From: Vicinamibacteria bacterium
GTDB taxonomy: Bacteria > Acidobacteriota > Vicinamibacteria > Marinacidobacterales > Marinacidobacteraceae
Direction of reading: 5' to 3'
Length of the DNA: 64,000 bases
NCBI GenBank assembly: GCA_964291235.2
Contig: OZ219815.1
Location: 32,001-96,000 of the forward strand
Shown piece by piece: positions 37,501 to 45,615 of this stretch. Numbering within the stretch: position 1 is the first letter of the stretch; each line of letters starts with the position of its first letter. The translations under genes were made by a program, and so were the position numbers. The notes under the pieces are model-generated. The model saw only the letters and a program-made list of their open reading frames with translations. It was not told the origin of the DNA and did no database searches.

Positions 37501-38021
37501 TGCTTGACCCAGACCGGGTTTCCGGTATGGACCACGTTCGGCGTTCCGACACCCAGAATGAACACGTTGCGGCCCGGGGTGGGAAGCACTTCGAGTTCCG
37601 CCCGGCTCACCGCCGAGGAAACCGAGGCGGTCGCGGTCTCGATCAGCGGCGTCTCGCCGATGACCGTCACCGTTTCCTCAATCCCACCAATGGAAAGACT
37701 GGCGTCCACCACCAGGAACGAGGAGACCCCCACGATGAGGCCCTCGCTCACATACGGCGCAAAACCGCTCAGCTCGGCGCGCAGCGTGTACGTGCTCGGC
37801 TGAATGTTGGCGAAGTTGTACTCACCGACCGCGTTCGTAACCGCGGTCCGCGAAACGCCGGTGTCCTCGTTGTCCAGCGTCACCGTGACGCCGGGCAGGA
37901 CACCGCCGTCGGCGTCCTGAATGACGCCACGGACGCCGCCCTGGAATGTCTGGGCGAAAGCGCCCGACGCGAGTCCCAGAACGCCGAGCACCGCGGCGGT
38001 CCTAAACAAAAGCGATCTCAT
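34509..38021 (-). CDS. TonB-dependent receptor-like outer membrane protein (Oar-like, N-terminal carboxypeptidase-regulatory-like domain)
   Basis: Signal peptide; G.I.D..G.VLPGVTVT, EAVQEMKVQ...YDAEMGRTGGG, FIQDDWR...LNLGLR.E, PRVGFAY, LRFEF..LFNH; C-terminal Phe. Confidence 0.92.
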   Translation of the reverse strand: MRSLLFRTAAVLGVLGLASGAFAQTFQGGVRGVIQDADGGVLPGVTVTLDNEDTGVSRTAVTNAVGEYNFANIQPSTYTLRAELSGFAPYVSEGLIVGVSSFLVVDASLSIGGIEETVTVIGETPLIETATASVSSAVSRAELEVLPTPGRNVFILGVGTPNVVHTGNPVWVKQSDQTNSSLLSLGGGPLRGNNYTVDGVSTTDLRNRTVIIPVFEAVQEMKVQVNTYDAEMGRTGGGVFNVIHRSGTNNWAGSSLYQRRPGTRNTLWRALSYTDQLAYDSGQINDDDLASQPFWLWGGSFGGPILRDRTFFWFSAEGNNDLLAENTQVILPTAAEAAGDFSASGTTIYNPFDLDANGNRQPFAGNRIPSHMIDPAGSGLAQLLTTLGPGGGISTSGAQKTTALQSTANLSHSFSDSWQATATYLYYTSSEGAFQQYTDLLNADSAPDFGIGAAELIRDVHAVALNNTFVVGSTSVLTLRYGQTYFNDSVVNPAFGADQVAGLGIQGGFIDQLYSQAGYGGQFPSISVSDFGDGGSTHGSWSNTDVQWTSREVSGTYSMFLGNHTVKYGGQFRRMGLHAASFGNGFSMSFNQSFTQGPSPTAPDGGSGSAMADLLLGIPSGGSATIAEPADVFINYYGGFIQDDWRPSQNLVLNLGLRVEHESGLMEDDNGFAVGWDRTNPFPMQVGLDPAIEGSLPGFPLRGGLMYAGVDGNPTHQWDPPGMKLGPRVGFAYTINPETVIRGGYAVFWAPYAIPSGTGASHLGTYGYTNVTSLATSVDGITPPAATASNPFPNGIANPIGNANGRLQNIGSNVYFNEQFRASPYINKWSLDFQRDIGNDLALKIGYVGSQGADLGIGGTNNSSININQLADQYLSLGDRLNDEYPNPFYNDPRFGSFSGVETLPLGQLLRPYPHFRNVFARHVSSGKSLYNALRVEFEKRFRGNWGARINYTFTKHEDNIYENNQLLENETSVIYNTPDECAYGKCPVLDADYGPSRVHVPHQFNVNGTWRTPGDNPIFGGWALSAVAIMRSGFPVVVTQNSNPLSAYGFNHQRPTSANLSGGGNPKGNHTSYLSAGDAQLTQGLTLSNAPNNTASVRSPVLINWDVALEKTTRMYEDMNLTLRFEFIDLFNHVNWRGPRTVLGSSTFGSIPGTRGYPRTFQFMAKITF

Positions 38022-38371
38022 GAGTCCCTCCTTAAAAGGTCGAATGAGTTCATGAGCCTGATGCCCGAAGGCAGGCAGTCCACAGCAAATCTGGTTGGCG
38101 GAGAGCGAATAACGGCAAATCCACGTGTCTAGAGGGCGGAACTTTAGGCGATCCGGCCATGTTTCTCCACTGTTACCCCAGTGTCACGGCAGGCAAAGGG
38201 CGGACCGCTTTCGCAGGGCACCGCTCCTGATTCTATAAGTCACTGACTTTACAGGGTATTGTCCGTATTTTCAGTCCCAACGAACACGCGGGTGGCTGCC
38301 AGAGTCGAATTCAAGAAACCGAACGAAATACGGCTGATCAGATCGCTGCCGGGAAACGGACCGCCCCGGAT

Positions 38372-39583
38372 TCACGACCCGGCGTCGCGCGTCGCCATGC
38401 GGTCGAAGAAATCAGCGTGTCCGGCCAGGATCCGATCCTCGGCGTCCCGATTCGGCTCGAGGGACCACTCCCCTCGTTCCCGCGTGCCCCCGAGCAGAAT
38501 GCCGTCGGCCCGCGGCATCATGTAAAGACCCTGATAGAGCGCGATGTAGCGGATCTCGGGCTGCGGCAGCAGGACCGTAAGCTGCCCCTTGAGCGGAACC
38601 AGTTCCTCGTCGCCGACCAGGTCCCGGGCGCCGATCCCCGTGCAGTTGACCACGCGGCGTTCCGGGAGGCCGGCAACCTCGCCCAGGGAGCGGAAGTTCC
38701 GGATGCGGATCCGGCCGCCGGCGAGCCGGAAGTCCTGCATGACGGCTCCGAGGTACACCGGCGGCTCGATCATCATGGTGGTGTACTCGCGGGCATAGCG
38801 GACCGGGAACGGATGGGTTCCGGGCGCCAGATCCCGGGTCTGGGGGAAGAGGTCGGCAAGCCGGTCGGGCTGGCCGGGACCCCCGAACGGCACATCGCTG
38901 AGCGGATAGTTCGGAAGCCAGTGGACGCCGTAACGCGCACCCACCAGATCCTGGAAGATGCGGTGGGAGATGCGGGCGGCCCGCTCGAGCCGATCCTGGA
39001 ACGCGTCCGTGTGAACGCGGGCATCCGAAACCGAGTAGGGACCCCACTGGGCGCAGGCCACGTTCGAGGTCGTGGCCGGGGGCAGATCCTTCGCGTAGAT
39101 GGTCACGTCCACGCCGCGCCGCTGCAGCAGCCGCGCGGTGGCGAGCCCCACCGCGCCGCAGCCGATCACCGCCGCCCGCGCCGGGAGCGAAGCGTCGCCG
39201 AGGAGTTCCTCGACGGCGAGCCAGGCGCTGCCCCAGGAGAGGGTGACCCCAGCGCCGCCGTGTCCGTAGTTGTGGACCAGGATCCGGCCGTCACCGAGGT
39301 CCTGGCGCTCCACCCGGAAACCCGACGGGCGATAGGGCCGGAGGCCGACCACGGTGCGGATGATCCGGTCCCGGGCGACCTTCACCGCCGGGAGCCGGAA
39401 GGCGGGGGCAAGCGGAGGATCGGACCCGGTCCGCGCCGCCGGCAGCGGCCGGCCGGCACAGGCCGCGGCCACCCCCGCCGCGAGCCCCGGAGCAAGTTTC
39501 GCGGCGGTGCCGAGCACGCGCCGCCGGGAGGGAAGGCGGAGCCGGTCCCCGGGGGGAGGCGGGGAGGACAGAGGCGGCGGCAA
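38372..39583 (-). CDS. D-amino acid oxidase-like flavoprotein with permuted motif order and Tat-like/lipoprotein signal
   Basis: SRRRVLG..AAAC; GLRPYR and VHNYGHGGAGVTLSWG precede VIGCGAVG; TTSNVA, VVNCTGIGA, PLKGQ. Start TTG 39583 is an estimate. Confidence 0.85.
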   Translation of the reverse strand: MPPPLSSPPPPGDRLRLPSRRRVLGTAAKLAPGLAAGVAAACAGRPLPAARTGSDPPLAPAFRLPAVKVARDRIIRTVVGLRPYRPSGFRVERQDLGDGRILVHNYGHGGAGVTLSWGSAWLAVEELLGDASLPARAAVIGCGAVGLATARLLQRRGVDVTIYAKDLPPATTSNVACAQWGPYSVSDARVHTDAFQDRLERAARISHRIFQDLVGARYGVHWLPNYPLSDVPFGGPGQPDRLADLFPQTRDLAPGTHPFPVRYAREYTTMMIEPPVYLGAVMQDFRLAGGRIRIRNFRSLGEVAGLPERRVVNCTGIGARDLVGDEELVPLKGQLTVLLPQPEIRYIALYQGLYMMPRADGILLGGTRERGEWSLEPNRDAEDRILAGHADFFDRMATRDAGS

Positions 39584-39675
39584 GAGGTTTTCTATACTAG
39601 GACACGGACGGCTCGCCAAACGCTGATCCAACCAGCGGATCCGGGGCGCACCCGTCAGGCCGGGAGGCGAACGCA

Positions 39676-40401
39676 ATGGATCGCAGACTCTTTCTGAAAG
39701 CGGCGGCCGCGGTGAGCGGCGCCGGCATCGTGGGCGTGAACGATCGGGCGGAAGCGCTCGAACACGAGATGATCCATCTGCTCGAGGCGCCGGAGCGTCC
39801 GCCGCTCTCGAAGTCGGAGGGAGAGGAGCCGCTTTCGGAGATGCCCGCGAAGCCGACGCTGGTGGACTTCTTCAAGCATCGCTTCGCTCCGGCCTCCCAC
39901 GTGTTGCAGAGCGCGACCCGCGCCCTGAAGCACGGGATGAGCGAAGAGATCGTCCTCGCCTGCCTGCTCCATGACATCTCGGTCACCAACCTGGTGCGCG
40001 CCGACCACGGCTGGTGGTGCGCCCAGATGATCGAGCCGTACGTGCCTGAAAAGGTCGCCTGGGGCATCCGCTACCACCAGGCGCTCCGCTTCTTCCCCGA
40101 CCCGTCCGTGGGCTACGAGTACCCCGAGATGTACGTGCGGATGTTCGGTGCCGACCACGAGCCGGAGCCGTACATCAAGGCGGCCCATGACTACGCCAGA
40201 AACCACAAGTGGTACATGGAAGCGCGCTCCATCACCATGCACGACGACTACAGCTTCGAGCGCGGCGTCGAGGTCTCGATCGATCCGTTCGTGGACATCA
40301 TCGGCCGGAACTTCAAGCAGCCCAAGGAAGGGCTCGGGAACGACAACAGCCCCACCGCCCACATGTGGCGGACGATGATCAACCCCCGGCGCCGGCTGTA
40401 G
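39676..40401 (+). CDS. Tat-exported HD-domain protein (PhnZ/MIOX-like metal-ligand spacing)
   Basis: MDRRLFLK Tat motif; HVLQSATRA, ACLLHD, DHG, IRYHQ; RBS GGAGG. Confidence 0.8.
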   Translation: MDRRLFLKAAAAVSGAGIVGVNDRAEALEHEMIHLLEAPERPPLSKSEGEEPLSEMPAKPTLVDFFKHRFAPASHVLQSATRALKHGMSEEIVLACLLHDISVTNLVRADHGWWCAQMIEPYVPEKVAWGIRYHQALRFFPDPSVGYEYPEMYVRMFGADHEPEPYIKAAHDYARNHKWYMEARSITMHDDYSFERGVEVSIDPFVDIIGRNFKQPKEGLGNDNSPTAHMWRTMINPRRRL

Positions 40402-40434
40402 ATCGTCGAGCGGACCTGGAAGGGGGCGCGCCAC

Positions 40435-40716
40435 GTGGCAAAGCGGCCCAGCCTCACCGGTTTGCTCCGCAGGGTTCGACTGGGCGAAACCGTCCTGATT
40501 ACCGACCGCGGCAAACCGGTCGCGAGGATCGAGCCCTGCCAGCCGACAGACGGCGACGACCTCCAGGTAACGGCGCTGCTTGCCCGGCGAGGCATCGCCG
40601 GACCGCCGCGGGCAACTCTCGACGTCCACAGCTTTCTGAAAGCTCCCCGGCCGCGCCTCCGCCAGGGGGTCCGGGCCAGCGATGCGGTCTCGGCGGACCG
40701 GGATGAGTCCCGGTGA
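40435..40716 (+). CDS. Phd/YefM-family antitoxin (N-terminus possibly truncated)
   Basis: LTGLLRRVRLGETVLITDRGKPVARIEP; C-terminal DAVSADRDE; GTGA overlap with the following toxin. Confidence 0.75.
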   Translation: MAKRPSLTGLLRRVRLGETVLITDRGKPVARIEPCQPTDGDDLQVTALLARRGIAGPPRATLDVHSFLKAPRPRLRQGVRASDAVSADRDESR

Positions 40717-40962
40717 AGTACTGGGACTCTTCGGCGCTCGTTTCCCTGTTTGTTGACGAGTAGGAAACGGCGAACCGTCGGGCTCTGTTGCGTGAGGACC
40801 ACCAGGTCGTCACCTGGTGGGGCAGCGCCGTGGAGTGCGCCGCGGCGCTCCATCGGCTCCATCGCCAGAGCGGCCGACCAGAACCCCCCGAACCTGGATC
40901 TCGTTTCAAGCGACGCTCGCCTCTCCGAGGCGGCTTTACGCGAAGGCTTCGCCGTCCATTAG
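40713..40962 (+). pseudogene. VapC (PIN) toxin pseudogene
   Basis: MKYWDSSALVSLFVDE then in-frame TAG 40761-63; continues VVTWWGSAVECAAAL; C-terminal LVSSDARLSEAALREGF is in another frame, and the middle is missing. Confidence 0.82.
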
Positions 40963-40980
40963 CGCGACTTGAACGTCGTC

Positions 40981-41027
40981 GGAGTTTCGCGGCCTGCGGC
41001 CGCGATGCCGGCCGGAGGCCGGCGCTC
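40981..41027 (-). repeat. Single REP-like palindrome
   Basis: GGAGTTTCGC...GCGATGCCGGCCGGAGGCCGGCGCTCC closely matches the arm at 55313-55362. Confidence 0.75.
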
Positions 41028-42335
41028 CTAGCGCTTGGCCACCAGGTAGAGCACCGCGCCGGCGCCCGCGGTGGCAAGCCCAAGGAGCGACTCGCCCGGG
41101 CGTTCCAGCAGGGTGTAACCGAGCGTCCAGCCGCTCATGCCGAGGAAGAAGAGCGGGACCAGGGGATAGAGCGGCGTGCGGAATCGGCCCGGGACCGCAT
41201 CCGGGATCTTTCCGGCACGCAGACGGAAGACCCCCGCGACGGCAGCCGCCGTCATCAGGTTCAGGGTGAACCCGGCGTAGAGCAGGATCTGCTCGAAAGT
41301 CCCGGAATAGAGCAGGACCAGCGTAATGAAAAGCTGGAGGACCAGCGCGCGGTGTGGAATACCTCCCGCGCTGGCCTTGCCGAGGGGCCTCAGAAACGGC
41401 TCGTCCTCTCCCATCGCGCGGACTACCCGCGGGCCGAGGAACACCATCGCGCTCACCGTGGAGGCGAGGACGAGGCCCAGCACCGCAGCCATCACGCGTC
41501 CACCGGTGGCGCCCAGGATGCGCTCCGCCGCCAGGTAGCCGATCTCGATCCTCCCGGCCAGTTCCTCGAGTGGGACGGCGCGCAGGATGACCAAGTTGAC
41601 CAGGAAATAGAGAACGGTGACGAGCAGCGTGCCGGACACCAGCGCCCGGGCCAGGCGCTCGGGATGCCTCAGGTCTCCCACGATGTACACCGCTGCGTTC
41701 CAACCGGTGTAGGCGTAGGAAACGAACACCAGGGACACCGCGAATCCCGGGCTCAGCAACAGTTCAAAATCGCCCGGACGGGGAACGATCGGAGTGGAGA
41801 TTCCCCCGGCCCAGAACCCCATGCAGCAGAACGCGATGACCAGCAGAATCTTGGCGGCGGTGAGGGCGTTGTTGATACCGCTTCCCCAGCCGACCGGCAG
41901 CGAGTGGACTGCCGTGAAGGCCACCACCGTCACCGCCGCGAAGTGGACCGGTTCGATCCCCGGGAACAGCGGCTGCAGATAGGTGGCCATCGCCACCGCC
42001 GCGAGCGCGGTCGGCGCCGCAAACCCCATGGTGGCCGAAACGCAGCCGGCGGCGAACCCCGCGGCCGGATGGAAGCTCCGGCGGAGCAGGTTGTATTCCC
42101 CTCCGGAGCGGGGGAGCGCGGCGCCCAGTTCGCCGTAAACGAGCGCCCCGGCGAGCGCGACCAGGCCGCCGACGACCCAGAGGAGCAGCGCCGGGAAGGC
42201 GGAGGGAACCGCCGCGACCTGGAAACCGAGGCTCGTGAAGACCCCGGTCCCGATCATGTTCGCCACCACGAACATGGCGGCGGTCCAGAGGGAGAGGCCG
42301 AGCCCTCGGCCCCGCCCTCCGTTACCGGGGGTCAT
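41028..42335 (-). CDS. APC family amino acid permease
   Basis: ANMIGTGVF, YGELGAALPRSGGEY, YAYTGWN, GPRV; multiple TM helices. Confidence 0.92.
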   Translation of the reverse strand: MTPGNGGRGRGLGLSLWTAAMFVVANMIGTGVFTSLGFQVAAVPSAFPALLLWVVGGLVALAGALVYGELGAALPRSGGEYNLLRRSFHPAAGFAAGCVSATMGFAAPTALAAVAMATYLQPLFPGIEPVHFAAVTVVAFTAVHSLPVGWGSGINNALTAAKILLVIAFCCMGFWAGGISTPIVPRPGDFELLLSPGFAVSLVFVSYAYTGWNAAVYIVGDLRHPERLARALVSGTLLVTVLYFLVNLVILRAVPLEELAGRIEIGYLAAERILGATGGRVMAAVLGLVLASTVSAMVFLGPRVVRAMGEDEPFLRPLGKASAGGIPHRALVLQLFITLVLLYSGTFEQILLYAGFTLNLMTAAAVAGVFRLRAGKIPDAVPGRFRTPLYPLVPLFFLGMSGWTLGYTLLERPGESLLGLATAGAGAVLYLVAKR

Positions 42336-42394
42336 ACCCTGGACCAGGGGTCAGACCGGCTCCCGCCCGGCCGCGCCAGCCGCCGATCGACCGG

Positions 42395-42880
42395 TCAGCG
42401 GACCGCGATCATGTCGATTTCAAGGAGCGCGCCGAGCGGGATATCGGCCACCGCCACCGTCGTCCGCACCGGCGGAATCGCACCCTCGGGGAAGTAGGAC
42501 GCGTACACCTCGTTCATGGCTCCGAAATCGTTCACATCGGCGAGAAAGACGCCGCTCCGGACCACGTTCTCGAATCCGAGGCCCGCCTCCTCGAGAACGG
42601 CCTGCAGGTTCTGCATGACCTGGTGCGTCTGCTCGGCGATGCCGCCTTCCACGAGTCCCCCGCCCTCATGGTTCAGGGCGATCTGGCCCGCGAGGAAGAC
42701 GAGATCCCCGTACGCGATCCCCGCGGAATAGGGCCCGACGGGCGGAATACGGCCATCCAGGCGCGATTTCTCGGGCTTCGGCGGCTCTGCGACCTCGACA
42801 TTCACCGGGCCGGAGCAGGAAAGACCGAGGAGCGACGCCATGGCGGCGCCCAGAAGCAAGCGGGAACGGAATGAGCGCAT
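42395..42880 (-). CDS. RidA family imine/enamine deaminase with N-terminal lipoprotein signal
   Basis: LGLSC lipobox; VGPYS, FLAGQI, FGAMNEVYASYF, PVRTTV (catalytic Arg), LLEID. Confidence 0.9.
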   Translation of the reverse strand: MRSFRSRLLLGAAMASLLGLSCSGPVNVEVAEPPKPEKSRLDGRIPPVGPYSAGIAYGDLVFLAGQIALNHEGGGLVEGGIAEQTHQVMQNLQAVLEEAGLGFENVVRSGVFLADVNDFGAMNEVYASYFPEGAIPPVRTTVAVADIPLGALLEIDMIAVR

Positions 42881-42937
42881 GAAAAGGATCCTCCGGGAGT
42901 GGCGTCGGATAGTACCCGGCGCCTCCGTTCCCTTACG

Positions 42938-43465
42938 ATGGCGCTCATGTGGAAAAGGCCCCAACCCGACGAGTGCGCCGATTACTACCGGAACTACATC
43001 CGCCTGGTGCCGGAAGGCGACGATCTGCCCGCCGCGGCCCTGCGGGAGATGGAAACGCTCCGTTCGGCCCTTTCGGGTGTCTCGGAGGCGGCGTCAGCAA
43101 GCGGCTACGCCCCGGGAAAGTGGTCCATCCGGGAGGTCGTCGGCCACATCGCGGACGTCGAACGGATCATGTCGGTGCGGGCACTGCGCTTCGCGCGGGG
43201 AGACGGAACTTCGCTTCCGGGGATGGAGCAGGATCCGTACGTCGCGAGCTCCGGCCACGGCAAGCGCTCCCTGAGTTCACTTCTCGATGAACTGGAGACG
43301 ATCCGCAACGCGACGGTGAGCCTCCTGCGCTCCTTCGACGGGGACGCGCTGGGGCGCAGCGGGGAGGCGAGCGGCGCCCGCGCCACCGTACGCGCCATCG
43401 CCTTTCTGACCGTGGGGCACGCCATCCATCACCGCAAGGTGCTGCAGGAGCGGTACCTCGAGTAG
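42938..43465 (+). CDS. DinB family protein
   Basis: YYRNYI, YAPGKWSIREVVGHIADVER, GHAIHH. Confidence 0.9.
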   Translation: MALMWKRPQPDECADYYRNYIRLVPEGDDLPAAALREMETLRSALSGVSEAASASGYAPGKWSIREVVGHIADVERIMSVRALRFARGDGTSLPGMEQDPYVASSGHGKRSLSSLLDELETIRNATVSLLRSFDGDALGRSGEASGARATVRAIAFLTVGHAIHHRKVLQERYLE

Positions 43466-43500
43466 CCCGTGAACCGGGCTCACGTACATCTGGGCTGACG

Positions 43501-44169
43501 ATGCCCCCGGGACTGTTCGCGGCGCTGGCCGTCACAACCCTGGCGCTTCTCGGGATCGGCGGCCGCTACTACGTTCACGGGGATCTGAACACCATCCATT
43601 CCCTGCTGAGCCTGTTCCTCTCGATCAACCTTCTGATCTGCTACTGGGAGGTGTGTCTGTTCCTCCGTCGCGACCTGGTCGAGACGCGCACCGAACACTG
43701 GCGCGAGTGGAGAAAGAGGACGGGCCGGACCCCGGCCGTCGAATTTCTCGGCGCGAAAGTCCCGCTGGCCCGGCTGCTGTCGCCGACGCTCTGGGCCGAT
43801 GTCTGGGCGGCCTACTCCCTGTACGACGGTTCCTACGCGGACCGCCGCACGTTCGGATTCAACGTGGATATCGTCAATGGATTTCTTACTCCGGCTCCGA
43901 CGCTGATCGTGTACGCGGCCTATACGATCGATCTGCTGCCCGCCGTCTTCACGGGAATCGTCGGCGCCATCCTGTTCTGGCAACTGATGTACGGGGCGTC
44001 GGTCTACTGGATCAGCTTCTTCGTGGCCCGGCGGCAGACGCGGATCAGCCGGCGCGAGTTCCACATCTTCATCGGCGCGCCGAATACCGTCTGGATCCTC
44101 GGCCCGCTGCTGGGTCTGTACGTCTCCGTCCGGCTGATCGTGGACGGCAACTACAGCGTGCTGGGTTAG
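43501..44169 (+). CDS. Membrane protein, EXPERA/emopamil-binding-like
   Basis: Several TM helices; W..YSLYDGSYAD and N.VWI..P resemble the EXPERA W..Y...D and N..W...P motifs. Confidence 0.6.
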   Translation: MPPGLFAALAVTTLALLGIGGRYYVHGDLNTIHSLLSLFLSINLLICYWEVCLFLRRDLVETRTEHWREWRKRTGRTPAVEFLGAKVPLARLLSPTLWADVWAAYSLYDGSYADRRTFGFNVDIVNGFLTPAPTLIVYAAYTIDLLPAVFTGIVGAILFWQLMYGASVYWISFFVARRQTRISRREFHIFIGAPNTVWILGPLLGLYVSVRLIVDGNYSVLG

Positions 44170-44192
44170 AGACGCGCAGCAGCGGCGCAGGA

Positions 44193-44234
44193 CCCCCCAC
44201 CGGGAGAACTGGGCCGGCCTCCGGCCGGCGCTCC
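44193..44234 (-). repeat. REP-like palindrome fused to CCAGTTCTCCCGGTGGGGG motif
   Basis: Minus strand GGAGCGCCGGCC-GGA-GGCCGGC-CCAGTTCTCCCGGTGGGGGG in a convergent gap. Confidence 0.7.
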
Positions 44235-44239
44235 TGCCG

Positions 44240-45478
44240 CTAACGCTCGTGCCGTTCCGGCGACGGGTGGCCCGAACTGGCGAGGGCGGCGGTCAGGGAG
44301 ACCGCTCCCAGCGCGACGCAGGCGAACGCGACTTCCCGAAACCCGAACTGCGTCATGAGGAATCCCGAGGTCACGCAGGCGACTCCGGCGCCCAACCAGT
44401 TCAGCGCGTCGGCGAGACTCTGGCGGCGCACCTTGGCCGGGGAATCCGGCCCCTCGGAAATCAGGGTGCTGGCCGCCACGAAGGCGAGACACCAGCCGAG
44501 GCCCACCAGGAAGAGCGCCACCCCGAGTTCGAGTTCCACCCCGCGGCCGGGGCCGAACGCGGCGAGCAGGCCCGCCCCCACCAGCGTCGCGCCTCCGAGC
44601 GCGATGATGGGACGTTCCCCGAAGCGGTCGCACAGCACCCCGACCACCGGTGAGAGGGCGAACATGCCCAGGTTGTGGGCGCCCATCATCGCCCCCAGTC
44701 CGGCCAGGGAACCGCCGCTTCCCATCATCTGGAGCGGCGCCATCGTCATGAGGATCATCATTCCGGCCTGCGCCGAGATCAGCGAAACGACAGCGAGCGC
44801 GAAGGTCCGCCCCAAAGCCGGCGTTTCGGAGGGGGGAGGCGCTTCGACGCGTTCCACCGCGGCGCTCCGAATCCCCAGCGAGCGCCGCGCCCGGAGCGAG
44901 CGGCTCTTCAGGAACAACACCCCTCCCGACCCGTAGAGGACGGCGGCGCACAGGTAGGCGAGCGCGAACGCTTCCCCCCCACTGCCCCCGGCGACGCGTT
45001 CGATCCAGCGAAAGAGGACGGGCGCCACGAAGGCGCCGGCCACCGCGACCCAGACCACGAGTCCGATCGCCCGCCCGCTCCGGCTGGGTGGAACCAGCAG
45101 CGCCGCGGTATAGCGGGTCAGGTGATAGGCGGCGTAGCCGCAGCCGAGCACCAGGCTCGTGGCGAAGTGGACCACGAAACCCGCCTCCGACCACGCCGAG
45201 AGCGCCAGCCCCACCGCGGCAAAACCCGCCAGGGTGAGCCCCAGTCCCAGTGAAAAGGGCCTTCCCCGGCGGGAGAAGAGCCAGGTCAGGAGAGGCGTTC
45301 CCGCCGCCACTCCCAGAATCAGGGCGGCGTTCGGGAGGCCGATCCAGGCCGAGTCCGGGAGATATCTCCGGGAGAGGAGCGGCGTGATCGAAAGAACCAG
45401 CAGATAGGCGGTCGAAGCGAACATGGCGCCGGTGAGCAGGACGCCAAAGGCCCGCGCCGGCCGCTTCCTTCCCACCAC
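44240..45478 (-). CDS. MFS transporter
   Basis: About 12 TM helices; RRGR motif A, GVLCDRFGER, GRAIG.V, FLVGLGW. Confidence 0.9.
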   Translation of the reverse strand: MVGRKRPARAFGVLLTGAMFASTAYLLVLSITPLLSRRYLPDSAWIGLPNAALILGVAAGTPLLTWLFSRRGRPFSLGLGLTLAGFAAVGLALSAWSEAGFVVHFATSLVLGCGYAAYHLTRYTAALLVPPSRSGRAIGLVVWVAVAGAFVAPVLFRWIERVAGGSGGEAFALAYLCAAVLYGSGGVLFLKSRSLRARRSLGIRSAAVERVEAPPPSETPALGRTFALAVVSLISAQAGMMILMTMAPLQMMGSGGSLAGLGAMMGAHNLGMFALSPVVGVLCDRFGERPIIALGGATLVGAGLLAAFGPGRGVELELGVALFLVGLGWCLAFVAASTLISEGPDSPAKVRRQSLADALNWLGAGVACVTSGFLMTQFGFREVAFACVALGAVSLTAALASSGHPSPERHER

Positions 45479-45615
45479 CGACTGTGAACTACCTCTGGTG
45501 AAACCCCGAAGGGGCGTGATTCACGCCACCAACCCGTGGGGAAAGCGCCCCGCACGCAGGCAAACCGCCAGATTCGGAGTCCGGGAGGTCCCGGGGATCG
45601 TGCGAGGCGCGCTCA

